Source of the DNA: a virus
Taxonomy: Duplodnaviria > Caudoviricetes
Reading direction: 5' to 3' (one strand)
DNA: 34,027 nt
IMG/VR virus record: IMGVR_UViG_3300043394_000085
Span: 1-34,027 of that record
Part shown: positions 32,287-34,027 of the stretch, one piece after another
Position numbering within the stretch: the stretch's first letter is position 1
How the letters are laid out: each line of letters begins with the position of its first letter
Made by a program: the position numbers and the translations under genes
The notes under the pieces: generated by a model
Database searches by the model: none
What the model saw: the letters and a program-made list of their open reading frames with translations, nothing else
Told to the model about the DNA's origin: nothing

Positions 32287-32441
32287 TTGGATTACCTCAA
32301 TGGTTTGTTGAACAGGGTTTAGCGCTCTGGTTAGCCTGTGAAACAGGGCCGTTGCTTGCTGCTTACGTCAGCCACTCGTCTGTATCCACAGCGGTAAGGG
32401 CCGCGACGACCGAGAACTCCCAATCCATGCGGTATGCCTTG
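32287..32441 (-). ncRNA. Putative structured 5' leader RNA of the capsid gene
   Basis: ~155-nt leader foldable by eye into four hairpins, two sharing the internal loop GG-C-CC / GG-CWWA-CC. Confidence 0.5.
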
Positions 32442-32447
32442 GCGGCG

Positions 32448-32475
32448 ATTGTATGACCATTTGTACAAAATGCAA
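32448..32475 (-). promoter_or_regulatory. Sigma70-like promoter for the capsid operon
   Basis: TTGCAT-N16-TACAAT just downstream of the scaffold terminator; the spacer holds the palindrome TTTGTACAAA. Confidence 0.65.
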
Positions 32476-32494
32476 CAGGGTTGCTTGACAACGC

Positions 32495-32522
32495 AAAAAA
32501 AAGACCCAGCCGAAGCTGGGTC
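32495..32522 (-). terminator. Rho-independent terminator after the scaffold gene
   Basis: GACCCAGC-UUCG-GCUGGGUC followed by U8. Confidence 0.92.
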
Positions 32523-32542
32523 AAATGGCTACCTCAGGAGAT

Positions 32543-33334
32543 TCAGTTGATGTGCTGCTGGAAAAGACGCTCCACCTTCTGGCGGTAGGCAGCATCGGTC
32601 TTGTACTTTGGATCGTTGACCATCTGGTACAGCTCTTCCTTGCTCGGCGCACCTTCCATCGGAGCGACCTCAAGCGGGATGCGTCCTTCGTATGCGGAGC
32701 GAACCTTCATCAGAGCGCTGATGCCGCGGGCTGTGCCGCCCATGATCTTGAACTCTTCAAAGTCGTCTTTGCTCCAGACGCCCTTGTTCACCAGGCCGCG
32801 AGCCCAGTCCACCATGCCGTTGACCACAGCGTTGGCGTTGGGGCCGAGAGCTTTCATCTCTGCCTGGGTGTCGATGGGTGGGCCCGCCATCTCGGCTGCC
32901 ATCTGGTTGACGCTCTGCGCCAGCTCATCGAATGCCACCTGGCTGATGCCGTACTTCTGAGCCCAGCCGACGTACTGCTTGGCAAGGGGATCGGCTTCGA
33001 TGTCTTGCACGCCCAGGGCTGCGGTATCGTACTTGCCGCCCTCTGGGGCTTTGTGTTTGCCCTGGCTCACCACCTTGCGCAAGTCTGAGTAAGACTTGGC
33101 CATGGCTTCCATGTTGGCTTCGCCCTTGTCCTGGTTCCAGAAGTTCTCTGGCAGCCATTCGGGGCGCTCTTTGGGCGTGCCAGGCACTTCACCTGGTTTC
33201 GCCTCACCGGCTGGTTGAGCCTTGTGGTCGATCTCAACAGCTTGCGGGTTCTCTGTCTTGGTTTCGTCTGCCACCTGCACGCTGCCGAGTAAGCCAGTAC
33301 TGGGCTCGGCATTGGTTTCGGTTTCTGTCGTCAT
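32543..33334 (-). CDS. Capsid scaffolding protein
   Basis: Acidic N-terminus, RPEWLPE.FW, AKSY..L.K, C-terminal DPKY..D.AYR..VE; lies between portal and MCP. Confidence 0.85.
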   Translation of the reverse strand: MTTETETNAEPSTGLLGSVQVADETKTENPQAVEIDHKAQPAGEAKPGEVPGTPKERPEWLPENFWNQDKGEANMEAMAKSYSDLRKVVSQGKHKAPEGGKYDTAALGVQDIEADPLAKQYVGWAQKYGISQVAFDELAQSVNQMAAEMAGPPIDTQAEMKALGPNANAVVNGMVDWARGLVNKGVWSKDDFEEFKIMGGTARGISALMKVRSAYEGRIPLEVAPMEGAPSKEELYQMVNDPKYKTDAAYRQKVERLFQQHIN

Positions 33335-33591
33335 AGCTTCCTTGCTTGTTTGATCCGCGCCTCAATGTCCCTCACCACGTTCCTCTGCCCTTCGGCAAAG
33401 AATGCGTGAGAAGGGTCTGCGCCCGGCACGGCAATGGGCACATTCACATACATGTCGCGCAACCAGGTCAGCAGCTGCTGGCCGTCCTGGGTGCTGAAGA
33501 CCCGAAGGGTCAACCTGGCCAGGTCATCGCGCTGCTGGTTGGCCTCGCGGATGTCTACCTGGCCGATGGCGTCCAGTTCGTCCCAGCTCAT
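33331..33591 (-). CDS. Small head-module protein (BPP-1 Bbp19-like)
   Basis: RVFST.DG..LL..L......AFFAEGQRNVV..I; between portal and scaffold with ATGA overlaps. Confidence 0.75.
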   Translation of the reverse strand: MSWDELDAIGQVDIREANQQRDDLARLTLRVFSTQDGQQLLTWLRDMYVNVPIAVPGADPSHAFFAEGQRNVVRDIEARIKQARKL

Positions 33592-34027
33592 GCTGGCGCT
33601 CCCTGCGGTGCAGGCAGACCAGGCGGCGGTGCCATGCCCTGCTGCTGCATGGCCATCTGAGCGGCCATCGCTTGAGCCTGCTGGGCCTGCTGCTGATCAA
33701 GGGCAAACGCACGCTCGGCAGCACTGTTGCGAAGCGCAGAAGGCACACCCAGCTTGTCGCCCAGGTAGTCGATCATGTCGCCAAACTTCACAGCGACCTG
33801 GCCCTCGGCACCCATCTGCTGGGTGATCTGAGCGAACTGCAGCGCGGCGTTGACTTCGTCCATGGCCTGGGCGTTGGCCAGCGGAGATGTCGGAGCGACC
33901 TTCACCTCCAGGCCATTGACACGAAGAGGCAAGTCGATCAGGCCACGCTCATCCATCACCTCCAGAATCTTGGACACCACGGGGATCATGGTTTCGTTGA
34001 TCAGGCGGCCAAACGCAGAGCCCAGGT
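33588..34027 (-). CDS. Portal protein, C-terminal part (continuous with 1-1301 through the terminal overlap)
   Basis: ...LGSAFGRLINETMIPVVSKIL...SPLANAQ...LGVP...Gln-rich tail. Confidence 0.93.
   Translation of the reverse strand, partial: LGSAFGRLINETMIPVVSKILEVMDERGLIDLPLRVNGLEVKVAPTSPLANAQAMDEVNAALQFAQITQQMGAEGQVAVKFGDMIDYLGDKLGVPSALRNSAAERAFALDQQQAQQAQAMAAQMAMQQQGMAPPPGLPAPQGAPA
33901..34027. repeat. Terminal direct repeat, copy 2 (identical to 1-127)
   Basis: Exact match to the window start. Confidence 0.95.

Overview
Almost certainly a complete, circularly assembled ~33.9-kb podovirus-like dsDNA phage genome. Bases 1-127 equal bases 33901-34027, and the portal gene reads through this junction. 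One long minus-strand arm starts at a divergent promoter region (~9170-9330) and runs: Arc-like repressor, RusA, small Zn-ribbon genes, HTH replication initiator with an internal origin, SSB-like gene, terminases, GNAT, portal, scaffold, major capsid, tail tubes A/B, four internal (ejection) proteins, tail fibres with an inserted GIY-YIG/NUMOD3 homing endonuclease, and a ten-gene lysis region. A short plus-strand arm (9329-12876) carries a serine recombinase, a YqaJ exonuclease and a RecT-like annealase. I see no DNA or RNA polymerase, helicase, tyrosine integrase, CI-type repressor, tRNA or CRISPR array. The best candidate for an undescribed system is at 23797-25818. This ejection-cluster protein has a pre-toxin-like hydrophobic segment and an HhH-GPD DNA-glycosylase-like C-terminal domain, and a small acidic gene with its own RBS is nested out of frame in its 3' end, which resembles an effector plus cognate inhibitor. 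Second is a structured capsid leader RNA whose apical hairpin is complementary to a hairpin downstream of the capsid cistrons. All family assignments come from motif recognition by eye; no searches were run. The host is inferred to be Gram-negative (spanins), possibly a betaproteobacterium.
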